From Octopus sinensis (lineage: Eukaryota), in contig NC_043014.1 in assembly GCF_006345805.1 (NCBI RefSeq), positions 10,664,001-10,728,000 on the forward strand: DNA of 64,000 nucleotides, read 5' to 3'. This document shows, piece by piece, positions 51,457-63,559 of the stretch (position 1 is its first letter; every line of letters begins with the position of its first letter). The position numbers and the translations under genes were made by a program. The notes under the pieces were generated by a model. It had not been told where the DNA came from, did not search any database, and was given only the letters and a program-made list of their open reading frames with translations.

Positions 51457-51808
51457 ACAGACCCCTGCCTCAGTAAAGCTGGACTCAAGAGTCATCTTCG
51501 TAGTCATAAAGCGAGACAGATGAGTGACAACCTGGCTACTGGTGGTGGTGTTATACACCATACTAATCATATCTGTCAGTCATGTGGAAGAAGAGTGTAA
51601 TTCGGTGAGAGGACTTAAACGACATGCAAAGGTACATGAAGCCCAGCTACAACCACAGCCGGCTATTACCGTTAAAAGTTTTAGTTGCCAATTCTGTACA
51701 AGACATTGTAGATCTTTGGCTGGGCTAAAAAGTCACATTCGATCACAGCACCAGTAACAGTTAAGCTTCGTGCAATGGCCATACTCGATAACGAGGGTGC
51801 AGCCATAA
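51457..51808 (+). mobile_element. RTE-like LINE 3' end encoding C-terminal C2H2 fingers, in (TA)n
   Basis: RPCLSKAGLKSHLRSH / CQSCG-(fs)-ECNSVRGLKRHAKVH / CQFCTRHCRSLAGLKSHIRSQH*; 3' hairpin ATGGC..CTCG.TAACGAG..GCCAT. Confidence 0.65.
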
Positions 51809-52097
51809 TATATACATATATATATAATGAAGGCTAAAAAAAACACAAAGAGTTATAGGTAAATTTTACAAATATTTTGATAATTATATACATAATTATA
51901 ACAAAGGCTTGGCTATAAGCCTCGCCATGCGCTGGTAAAAAAGACGCCAAAAGACGCTATTACCACCTTCCCCACTTTAGAAGTAACTTCTAAACTGGAG
52001 TGAGACAGCATGTTCTTTGTCTATCTCCTTAACTTCTTGGAGATTTTAGGTATAATTATACTAATGTGTTTAATCTAATTAAATTCTATGTCTTTTT

Positions 52098-52186
52098 ATG
52101 CAGCTGAAGATTACACTGCATTTTAAATTGATGCAATGACTGCATTTTTCAATTAAATGGAGTTGCATGAAACGATCGTACGGCAT
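52098..52186 (+). ncRNA. Long-stem-II hammerhead ribozyme
   Basis: atgcag CTGAAGA ...GAAAC gatc GTA cggcat. The surrounding ~200 bp is shared with 45600-45810. Confidence 0.6.
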
Positions 52187-52235
52187 TACTTCTGGATATC
52201 CTTGTTGCTTATTTTGATATATACATAACATACAT

Positions 52236-52296
<61 letters not shown>

Positions 52297-52301
52297 ACAC
52301 C

Positions 52302-52343
<42 letters not shown>

Positions 52344-52902
52344 TTTAACAATTAAGGATAATCTCTTAATAAGGGATCTTAACAAAAAGATTATCGGGTA
52401 GTTAGCGTGAAAACCTCATAAAGAAAAGAATTCGAAAATAATTTTTTTCTTTTGAACAAATTAATTATATCTATATTGTATAGAGGGCATTATTACACAT
52501 AAATGCCTCACACTAAGAGGGACAAAGTCATTACTACCAAAATTTCACTAATCATACCCAAATGCAGTTTTTCAAAGCAAGACATTTAAAAAAATGAATT
52601 TAGTTCTGTATCACCACCGTGATTTCACATTCAAACTTACGTCTTATGATCATCAGCAGAACTGATTCTGAACACATCATAAATAAACTACCAACCTTAC
52701 GTAGCGAAGACGAACAGACAACTGCTCACTCCGGCCAAGCACATGAATGTTTATAAATCACATATCCGTAAATGGCGGGCTTTTTACGAACTGCATGTCG
52801 GGTAATGAAAAGTATTTCGGAATAAGTTTAACAATTAAGGATAATCTCTTAATAAGGGATCTTAACAAGAAATTATCGGGTAGTTAGCGTGAAAACCTCA
52901 TA

Positions 52903-53002
52903 NNNNNNNNNNNNNNNNNNNNNNNNNNNNNNNNNNNNNNNNNNNNNNNNNNNNNNNNNNNNNNNNNNNNNNNNNNNNNNNNNNNNNNNNNNNNNNNNNN
53001 NN
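52903..53002. other. Assembly gap (100 N)
   Basis: Run of N. Confidence 1.
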
Positions 53003-53108
53003 TTAGCTCCATGAGGCCATCGCCTTAAGTTAGCTATTTGATACACAAACTGTATCCATAAAACCTTTGAACAAGGGAGGTCAGTCGCTCCACACTACTT
53101 GGCCGGCA

Positions 53109-53150
53109 GCTACAGACGCGTTTCGGGGTATTGCCCCTTTTCAATGCAGC
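53109..53150 (-). ncRNA. Minimal hammerhead with compensatory U3-A8 core pair
   Basis: Minus strand: gctgca TTGAAAA gggg caata cccc GAAAC gc GTC tgtagc. Confidence 0.75.
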
Positions 53151-53324
53151 GTAGCCAAACCAGTATATGCGAGAGTCTTCATTCAGTTTCCTCTACCAAA
53201 CCCACTTACAAGGCTTTGGGACCATACGGTTAGGAAGTAAGCTTCTTACCACACAGCACGCCGGCTATATAAGTGTGTGTGGTGTATATATATATAAATA
53301 TGTATATATAAATAAATATTTGTA

Positions 53325-53409
<85 letters not shown>

Positions 53410-53806
53410 CATATATATTTATACACATATATATAATAATATATAAATATATATATTACATATATACATTGTATATATTTATACATACACACATATAAAC
53501 ATAGAGAGTGAGATTGAGATGAATATAGATATATAAGTATACATGCGTACACATGCACATATATATGGATATACATATACATATACATGTATTTGTGTGT
53601 GTATATATATATGTGTGTGTACACATATTTGTACATGTAGCTACGTAAGCGTGTACGTAAGTATTATGCATCTACGAATGTATATATATTGTTTTCTTTG
53701 TATACACTAATATAACATTATGATGAATATTCTGGGTATTGAGTTCCCCTTATCTTGTTTGTAAAGTAAATATTGTGTGTATTCATGGATGTGTATATAT
53801 ACACAA

Positions 53807-53842
<36 letters not shown>

Positions 53843-54406
53843 GTGTATGTGTGTGTGTGTGTGGTGTGCGTGTGTGTATGTGCGTGTATATATATATATA
53901 TATATATATTTGTATGTATGCTTTTATGTGCGTATGTGTACTGAGTGGAGAGAGATTGTGTGGGAGACAGTGTTTGGAAAAAAAGCAAAATATATTTAGT
54001 GATGTATCTTTCATTGACGTCATCAAGAGGTTAGAACAAAGGACATTGTCTATTGATAAATAAGTATTTCATTGAATTACTTGGCGATAAATATAGATAT
54101 CTCATGCTTTAATCAATTACCACTGTCCTTATGTCAGTACCAGTTCTACACCGTCATACACAGCGAATTGAACCTTCCTTTTGACCTCACTTCAACATTG
54201 TACCTTATATCGTCATATACTTGTTTTGATCCCAGACAAAGACCTATGGTTAAGAATTTCACTTCTCATTACACGGTTCCTGGTTCTATCACAATATGTG
54301 CGCGCCTCTGCAAGTATCTTCTACCATAGGCACATGTATGTTTAAGAAATTAGCTACGTCTTCATATTGTTACGAAGGAGAAATATTCTGATAACTATAA
54401 TTTTAA

Positions 54407-54972
54407 ATGTTGTGTCCGGGGAGAGTCATTTTCTTTTTGTGCCTTATAATATAATACACTCACCGGTAAAATTTCCACTTATTTCGTAATTAAAACTAGC
54501 AGTATCGCCCGGCGTTGCTCGGGTTTGTAAGGGAAATAACTATATAAGCATTTTAAGAGAGTTATAGCCAAAAAATAGCCAAAAAAATGCATTAAAATGG
54601 AAAAAAAAATTATGGTAATTTTTTTTTAAATCGTTGACTCATCGTAGACATTTTTAGAGAGTTACTTCCCTTATATAATAGCGAAAAAATGCATTAAAAT
54701 GGAAAAAAATTATGGTAAATTTTTTTAATCGTAGACTCATCGTAGACGCGCGCTAATACCCAGAAGGGCTCGATGTGAATCACGACTATAAGATACCCGG
54801 TTTTGGTTAAACTGCACCGCAAAATGTGGGAGTAGTTAGGAATCTAAATCGTAGGAGACAGACACACAACTTCACTTTTATATATAAAGATAAGGAAAAC
54901 GTGGAAATTTTACCGGTGAGTGTGTTACATTATAAGGCACAAAAACAAAATGACTCTCCCCAGACACAACAG
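54407..54972. mobile_element. Long-TIR MITE split by a Helitron (a single arm also at about 6272-6345)
   Basis: TGTTGTGTCCGGGGAGAGTCATTTT...CCGGTAAAATTTCCAC and its reverse complement at 54900-54972. Confidence 0.75.
54496..54890 (-). mobile_element. Non-autonomous Helitron
   Basis: TC...hairpin...CTAG between A and T; paralog of 4114-4483. Confidence 0.82.
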
Positions 54973-55232
54973 AATATGCTTCAACACACGAACTCCTATA
55001 AAAATCTTGCAAACCAAATCCAAAAACGAAATAATTTTAAATGGTCCTACTCGAAATCGAAATACTGTTCTCTAGTTTTACAAAAGAAAACGAATAGTGA
55101 ATCAGTAATTAATTCTATGAGAAATAATGTCCATTGATCACGTGACTGATTTAAACCATGCTGCGTGTTTTCTTTTCGCGCGCTTTCTCTGTAGGGTGAA
55201 CTATATAAACTAGTGATTGAACATGAGGTGGA

Positions 55233-55436
55233 GGATAATTTTTTACTTCATATTTTATTTTTATTTTATGTACCCCATGTCCCGTCTTGTAATGTCCCCC
55301 TCTTCGTGGCCCCTTAGTGGGTAATAAAGAAACAGGATAATTTTTTACTTCATATTTTATTTTTATTTTATGTACCCCATGTCCCGTCTTGTAATGTCCC
55401 CCTCTTCGTGGCCCCTTAGTGGGTAATAAAGAAACC
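55233..55436 (+). mobile_element. Two tandem ~100-bp 3' stubs of the ORF1-only element
   Basis: GGATAAT|TTTTTACTTCAT...GCCCCTTAGTGGGTAATAAAGAAAC, twice. Confidence 0.8.
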
Positions 55437-55459
55437 GGATAAAAATGTGAAAATTTGGA

Positions 55460-57209
55460 GGGTTCAGACGTGTTGTTTTTCTGAGCGAGTTATTTGGAGT
55501 TATTCAGGTGTGATTATTCTGGTGTGTTTGTTTCGAGTGAGGAGGTGGTGAGTTCGAGTTCTTTGGAGGACGTGGAATAATTTTTTTTTCCGGAAAATGC
55601 AAGAACAGACTTACGCGCGAGCGGCAGGCAGAGGCCTGGTTGCCGGTGAGCTGGAAATGGAGGAGGTGGTGGTTGAACAGAGGACCCTACAGAAGTATTT
55701 CGACAGTTTAAAGAGGGAGGGTGACTGCGTAAGAGTCACACCGTCCGAGGAGGAGGAAGGAAAGCAGTGCAGAGAAGCGTACTATAACGTACAGGACGTG
55801 GTGTGTGGAGTCGAAAAAGATTGCAAGTAGCGGAAATGGAAGAAGAGTAGAAAGGTTGTCTGAAGGAAATTGAGGGAGAACCCACATTTTTCAAAAGAGG
55901 AAAGAAGTATGCCACGGTAGTGGTATATTTTGAAACAGAAAATGAGGCCAAAAAGAACGCAACAAGACTTTTGAAATCGGATAAGTGGACTCTTGCTACC
56001 AAGTTACTGCGGAAGGAGAGCAGGAGGATGAGAATCAATAGAATCTCACCCGAATTTAATATGGAAAGGTTGCTGGCAGCAGTGTGTTTAACTGCAAGGA
56101 TGATGTGGAGGTACTGAAGGTGGAGAGGAAAGAAGTCAGCGGAGGTGAAATGGTGGGGATATACGGTGCAGGTTCTCGCGCCAATTACCGTGCGAGACTG
56201 TACAACATCCCGGAGGAGCTGGTCTACCCTGACGAGACACGACTCCGAGTTGTGGTTAGAGGGAAGACCCCCAATTTGCTACAATTGTAAATCAAGGGGC
56301 CACATGAAGGATGTGTGCCCGCGGAGAAAAAACTAAAGCACCGGAGGTTGTGATGGAGGACGCGTGTGTGGAGGGAGGCGAACGGAGCGAAGAGAGGAGG
56401 AGGAAATACGAATGGAGGAGCGGTTAAGTGAGGGAAGAACGAGAGAGGCACAGAAGAAGAAAAGACGGAAGACAGGAAGAGATCAAGGGTGGAATCACCA
56501 CCGAAGGATAAAAAAAAAAGAAAGAAAAAATAAAGCAAGATAGCAGAAGAGAGAGAAGACAAAGAACAGGAAGTAAAAGAGAAGGTGAGAGAGCGGCCAA
56601 GGACAGAGTTTGAAAAAGAATGGGAGACCAGAGTGAACGAGCAATTGGAATCGTGCAGATATGGAAGAAGGCCTACAGGAAAAAACTTGAAGGCGGTTGT
56701 AATGTATATCAAGAATACAGAAGTGGAGAAGGACTTGTAGGTAAGAAAGGGTTGGTCAGGGTGAAGGTGAACCCAAAGCTGTATGGTGACGACGTGAAAG
56801 CGTCATTATAGACAAAGAGGACATACATAAAACTAAAAAAAGATGTTTAATGGTATGCACATAACGCACTATGTGCGGTATGATAAATTGCCAGATGTTA
56901 TAGAGCATACGGACCTGTTGGATATATGACGGACGAGCGTCTAATGTAAAAGAATCAGAATTATAAGATTTAAAGTTGTATTTTGAATATATGTAATGTT
57001 GACATGTAGAATTGTAAAATTATTGTAAATGTAAAATGTAATGTATAATTGTATTTTAAACGGACTGCGAGTTGGGGGCTCGTAAGCCGTTCCATCTCAT
57101 TACATCTAATTCATTTTTTACTTCATATTTTTTTTTACTCTATGTACCCCATGTCCCGTCTTGTAATGTCCCCCTCTTCGTGGCCCCTTAGTGGGTAATA
57201 AAAAAACAG
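55460..57209 (+). mobile_element. ORF1-only (HAL1-like) non-autonomous L1/Tx1-type retroelement, copy 1
   Basis: GT-rich 5' UTR, one gag-like ORF, about 280-bp 3' UTR, no EN/RT; flanked by GGA(T/C)AA.AATGTGAAAATTTGGA. Confidence 0.7.
55597..56929 (+). pseudogene. Frameshifted ORF1/gag-like protein: RRM-like region, CCHC zinc knuckle, charged tail
   Basis: MQEQTYARAA...; GKKYATVVVYFETENEA; VEGRPPICYNCKSRGHMKDVCP (CX2CX4HX4C at about 56277-56318); stitched from several track ORFs. Confidence 0.75.
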
Positions 57210-57232
57210 GACAACAATGTGAAAATTTGGAG

Positions 57233-59009
57233 AGTTCAGACGTGTTATTTTTCTGAGCGAGTTGATTGGATTTATTCAGGTGTGATTATTCTGGTGTGTT
57301 TATTTCAAGTGAAGAGGTGGTGAGTTCGAATTCGTTGGAGGACGTGGAATAATTTTTTTTTCCGGAAAATGCAAGAACAGACTTACGCGCGAGCGGCAGG
57401 CAGAGGCCTGGTTGCCGGTGAGCTGGAGATGGAGGAGGTGGTGGTCGAACAGAAGACCCTACAGAAGTATTTCGACACAGTCTAAAGAGGGAGGGTGACT
57501 GCGTAAGAGTCACACCGTCCGAGGAGGAGGAGGAAAAGCGGAAAGCAGTGCAGAGAAGCGTACTATAACGTACAGGACGTGGTGTGTGGAGAGTCGAAAA
57601 AAGAGATTGAAGTAGCGGAAATGGAAGAAGTAGAAAGGTGCTGAAGGAAATTGAGGGGAGAGAACCCACATTTTTCAAAAGAGGAAAGAAGTATGCCACG
57701 GTAGTGGGTATATTTTGAACAGAAAAATGAGGCAAAAAAGAACGCAACAAGACTTTTGAAATCGGATAAGTGGACTTTGCTACCAAGTTACTGCGGAAGG
57801 AGAGCAGTGAGGATGAGAATCAATAGAATCTCACCCGAATTTAATATGGAAAGGTTGCTGGCAGCAGTGCTGTTTAACTGCAAGGATGATGTGGAAGTAC
57901 TGAAGGTGGAGAAGTCAGCGGAGGTGAAATGGTGGGGATATACGGTTGCAGGTTCTCGCGCACATTACCGTGCGAGACCTGTACAACATCCCGGAGGAGC
58001 TGGTCTACCCTGACGAGACACGGCTCCGAGTTGTGGTAGAGGGGAAGACCCCCAATTTGCTACAATTGTAAGTCGAGGGGCCACAGAAGAATGTGTGCCC
58101 GCGAGAAAAAGCAAAAGCACCAGTGGTTGTGATGGAGGAGTGTAGAGATGCGTGTGTGGAGTGGAGGAGGCGAAAGCGGAGGAAATACGAATGGAGGAGC
58201 CAGTTGGATGAGGAAGAAGAACGAGTGAGTGCAGAAGAAGAAAAGACAGAAGACAGGAAGAGATCAAGGTGGAATCACCACCGAAAGATCAAAAAAAAGA
58301 AAAAAAAATTAAAAGCAAGATAGCAGAAGAGAGAGAAGAGACAAAGAACAGGAAGTAAAAAGAGGAAGGCGAGAGAGCGGCCAAGGACACAGAGTTGAAA
58401 AGAATGGGGAGACAAGAGTGAACGAGCAATTGGAATCATGCAAATATGGAAGAAGGCCTACAGGAAAAAACTTGAAGGCCAGTTGTAATGTATATCAAGA
58501 ATACAGAAGTGGAGAGAGACTTGTAGGTAAGAAAGGGTTGGTCGGGGTGAAGGTGAACCCAAAGCTGTATGGTGACGACGTGAAAGGCGTCATCATATAG
58601 ACAAAGAGACATATATAAAATTAAAAAAGATGTTTAATGCTATGCACATAACGCATTATGTGCGGTGATGATCATGATAAATTGCCAGATGTTATAGAGC
58701 AAACGGACCTGTTGGATTAAATGACGGACGAGCGTCTAATATAAAAGAATTAGAATTAATTGTAAAATTTAAAGTTGTATTTTGAATATATGTAATATGG
58801 ACATGTAGAAGTGTAAAAAATTATTGTAACTGTAAAATTGTATGTATAATTGTATTTTAAACGGAACTGCGAGTTGGGGGTTCGTAAGCCGTTCCATCTC
58901 ATTACATCTAATCTCATTTTACTTCATATTTTATTTTATTTTATGTACCCCATGTCTCGTCTTGTAATGTCCCCCTCTTCGTGGCCCCTTAGTGGGTAAT
59001 AAAGAAACA
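57233..59009 (+). mobile_element. ORF1-only element, copy 2 (ORF about 57369-58720, frameshifted)
   Basis: Colinear, high-identity paralog of copy 1 with different indels. Confidence 0.72.
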
Positions 59010-59031
59010 GGATAATAATGTGAACATTTGG

Positions 59032-59642
59032 AAGGCGGCGAGCTGGCAGAACCGTTAGCATGCCGTGCGAAATGTGTAGCGGTATTTCGTCTGCGTTACG
59101 TTGTGAGTTCAAATTCCGCCGAGGTCGACTTTGCCTTTCATCCTTTCGGGGTCGATAAATTAAGTACCAGTTACGAACTGGGGTCGATGTCATCGACTTA
59201 ATCCCTTTGTCTGTACTTGCTTGTCCCCTCTGTGTTTAGCCCCTTGTGGGTAATAAAGAAATAGGTATTTCGTCCTGCCGTTACGTTCTGAGTTCAAATT
59301 CCGCCGAGGTCGACTTTGCCTTTCATCTTTTCGGAGTAGATCAATTAAGTACAATTACGTACAGTTCGCACTGGGGTCGATGTCATCGACTTAATCCCTT
59401 TGTCTGTCCTGCTTGTCCCCTCTGTGTTAGCCCCTTGTGGGTAATAGAAAGAAATAGGTATTTCGTCTGCCTCGTTACGTTCTGAGTTCAAATTCCGCCG
59501 AGGTCGACTTTGCCTTTCATCCTTTCGGGGTCGATAAATTAAGTACCAGTTACGTACTGGGGTCGATGTCATCGACTTAATCCCTTTGTCTGTCCTTGTT
59601 TGTCCCCTCTATGTTTAGCCCCTTGTGGGCAATAAAGAAATA
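59032..59642 (+). mobile_element. Three-unit SINE array directly after the shared target motif
   Basis: One head; units restart at GGTATTTCG; array-specific variants GATGTCATCGAC and ATCCCTTTGTC. Confidence 0.9.
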
Positions 59643-61094
59643 AATATACTCAAATACAAGGAAGCGACCATCATGTGTATATATAGCCATCTATGAATCT
59701 TACTTAATGCAGATAAATCGCGTAAATGCAAATTAACTGCTATGTTCGTACTGAGATGACATTTCTTATTGGCGTACTATGTTTTAAAACGGATATATCA
59801 ACAGCTGACAAAGCTCGATCCAGTGTAGTGGTGAGAATGCTAGTTGCGCATGTCTGTTTCATTGGACTTTATGAGAAGGATGCACACACAGCTGGGTTAT
59901 AATTGCAGTAAGCCTATTCGTCCGACTCATTTTTACTACCCTCATCTACCGTTCAAAAACTGTATTGAGAATGGGGACAACAGTTCTCTCGCCACCCCAT
60001 CTTCCTCCCCAAATTATTCTTGAAAATTTGAAAGGAGACAGTATCCTTCTTTAGTCTTTTTCCGTCCCGTCCGCATATTTCTAGTATTTACCCCTACACA
60101 CCACCATTGTACACTTATTCTTAACTCTCTACATTGAAGATTACTACTATAGATTTATCTGCCCTTCATTTACCAATTAATAAAACTACAATAATTAAGG
60201 GTAGAATCGTTAGCGCGTCGGGCAAAATGCATAGCAGGGTTTTTTTTTTCAGCTCTTTATGTTCCGATTTCAAATTTCGCCGCGGTCGACTTCGCTTTTC
60301 ATTCTTTCAGGATCGATAAAATATCTACCAGTTGAGCGCTGTAACCGTATAATATTCTTCCACCAAAACTGCTGACCTTGAGCCGAAATTTGAATCCTTT
60401 AATTAATACTTGACCACAAATTTCCGCCAGTTATTCGTTCGTGCTACGAATTAGTAGGAAATTCAAAAATAGCATTTCTTTGATTTAGGAGAATATCTTT
60501 CTTTTTGCGTCAGTTTATGTCTAGATTATTCCGGAGAAGTTCAAGATTATCACATAATTAAATACCACACATTTTTGTGTGTGTGTGTGTGCGTGTATTA
60601 TCCCGTTAAATCTATCTTCGTAAATGCTATTAAAAGAAAAGCACTCATCTAAAAAGAAACAACACAACACACTCTTAAAAGAGCTAATTAACGAACTACT
60701 TCCTTCCGTTAATGAATCACTCCAAGCATTTTATGATCTATTGTTAAAAATTTATTAATGGAAGGGATAAAAATAGACTTTGGTCTGCGTCTATTTTTAC
60801 TGTATTGTCTAATAATAACTTTAACGATAGAACATTTAATAATTCGATGACTAGGAGAGAATGAGGGAAGCTGAAACAGGAAAATCAATGAAGTAGAAAA
60901 AAAGGGAAGGAAAGATCCAATGAGATTTCAGTGTATGTACAGCATGCAGCTGTGGGCTTAAACTAAGACTTTCTTAATTAAATTCGTTTGTTGAATCTAT
61001 TTAGAAATATATCAAGAAAACACCATGAAATTGCAACAATGATAAATTGTAAAAATAGCAGTATAAATACTGGTGTGGTTCGAATAGAGAAAAT

Positions 61095-61431
61095 CTGAGA
61101 CCCCCTTCGGTCACGACACAGACCATGGGATTGCACCTAGAAAGTTACCCTCCCAGGCACAAGTCCGGGCAAGGTTGTTTATGGAAGACCAGCAGTCGCC
61201 CACGCATACCAGCCTCCTTTCTCCACACCACTGATGTTATCCAAGGGAAAGGCAAAGGGGCCGATACAGCTTGGCACCAGTGACGTCGCAACTCATTTCT
61301 ACAACTGAGTGAACTGGAGCAACGTGAAAAAACGTGTATTGCTCAAGAACACAACACGCAGCCTGGTCCGGGATTCGAGCTCACAACCTCACGATCGTAA
61401 GTTCGACGCTCTGAGCCATGCGCCTTCACTA
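61095..61431 (-). mobile_element. tRNA-derived SINE (separate family)
   Basis: Head GAAGGCGCATGGCTCAG..GCTCGAATCCC; TSD GAATAGAGAAAAT at 61082-61094 and 61432-61444. Confidence 0.82.
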
Positions 61432-61671
61432 GAATAGAGAAAATAAGCTTATAAATAATGAAGTTATGGAAATATTTGAAATTGTGAATTATCTTAATTG
61501 ATCACTATCTCGACTTGCCGAGAACTCATCTCTTGATCTTCAGCAGACTCTTTTATTATATTATTTTTTATCTTAAACGATGTTTCACATCCTGAGCCAG
61601 CGAAGGAGCTCCTAAGGAACTGTTTAACACGCTAGAGACAGTATCCAAATCTCACCCAAATTTTGAATTAA

Positions 61672-61883
61672 CCTTTTCGTTACTGTATTTATTTTGAGAT
61701 GCTCTGTGTTTCTTTCAACTATAACAAAGAATTTAGTAAAATAACTTAGTTATCATTCAGCTAGTGTTAGGAACATAAATTGGGACTAAGGTTTGGTGGA
61801 AGATTTTAATTCAAATCTTATGTAAACAAGACATTTGTACTACACAGCCAGAGCCGGTTTCGGCCGAGTTGGTAATGAAAGGG
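61672..61883. mobile_element. piggyBac-type MITE
   Basis: TTAA|CCTTTTCGTTAC...GTAATGAAAGGG|TTAA. Confidence 0.75.
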
Positions 61884-63559
61884 TTAACCCACTCATTACC
61901 AATGAGTCGTAAATAACTCATTGCATAAAGTAGCCGTAGCTATACTGTCAGGCCTTAAGACGGTGAGTCGCTCAAATCGCATCCCACTTATTTTAAATGA
62001 ACGATATGTTAGACAATTATAGTCTTAGATCTACAAAAACGATGGACGGTTCGGCTAAAAAGAAAATAAATCTTACGATTTTAATTGTACTCTGTCAGTG
62101 CTGAACTGTTTTTACAAAACGATGCCATACAGTTTGAATTATATAATTATTGAATGGGTGAGATTAACTACAACATATAAAAAAAAAGTTGCTTTTGTAA
62201 GATATTTTCCATGGATACGATCTTCCTTTTACAGTGCATGTAGTATAAATCTAATTAGATTGCTATTTTTCTTCTGTTGATAATTTTCTTAGCTAAGAAA
62301 AGTAATAGATGTTATCTCTTAGATTTAAGGAGTGGGATAAGTGAGAGATATAATCTGTATAGTTTCGCTTTAAAATGTGTAGGTGTCCGTGATAGAAGTT
62401 ACTTAATAGATAAGAACACTGGCTTGATTCTACGTTCGGCACCGATTACACTTTCGTATTTATTGATGTCTTTAGATATAAATTAAATCACGTTAACTAC
62501 TGCGTACGTTTCTGCCTCAAGGTCGCAAACATTTACAGAAGTGAAATGGTATCAACGAAGAAGCGACCCCTCACATGAAACACAACTGGATAAAACGGAA
62601 TAGTCAAGATATTGGTTCCTTATAAAGGCCCAAATCAGAGCTTTTGCCGGTCGGAGACTTTAGTATTGGCCAAATATAAACTAGAGTTAAATACGGAAAT
62701 CAAATGGATGGAAGCCAACATTAATTTTTAATATAAGCGTAAGGCCACAAATTTTAGGAGGATATTATCTTTCACTTGTTTCGGTCATTAGACTGCGGCC
62801 ATGCTGGGGAACCACCTTGAAAGAAGTGGCCAGCAATCGCTATAGAGAATCGAAATTTGTATCTCCCAAATTCAAGTTGAGCACTCTGTTTTGTTGTTGT
62901 TTGATCCTGTCTGGCTTGGATATTAATAGACTAATGACGCCAAACAGGTCATAATGAAGATGAACTATCACTGAGTGGAATATGTTTTCACTTATAAATA
63001 TTTAATAAATGTTATTTCTATTCAGATTAAGAGACTTGAAGCTTATCTGACATGTAATACGTTTTTAAATTTGCTTTATGAAAAATCATATGCATTTAGT
63101 TATTTGCATGTTATTGACACGCCCACGTAGAAACGGAAATTTATCCTGCATCGCAATTTTATTTCTTAACTTAATCGTGGTTCAAATCATTATACCTGAG
63201 AAAGTGAAGGAACGATAACGTTATTACATATGCGGCATATATTGCATATGTAGCATAACGTTGTATGTAATATGGAATAAATGACGTTCGTTTACAGAAA
63301 CGTTTGTAGTGTCGAGTGGGCTTCTCTTTTCCTCAGTTAAATTAGTTATTATTTACTCTGTGAAGAATATAACATGCCTGCTGGATATACATATATCGAA
63401 ATCGCGAAGTGTTCCTTTTATCATTAACTGAAGTAGAACTGGTCTTTCTTCTGTTATTGGAACACTTATATTAGCCAAGTTCTTGCATGAAGTTCTGATG
63501 TGATCAATGAACGCCTTGATTATACTTATCCCTGCAATTATTACACACCTACACACACC

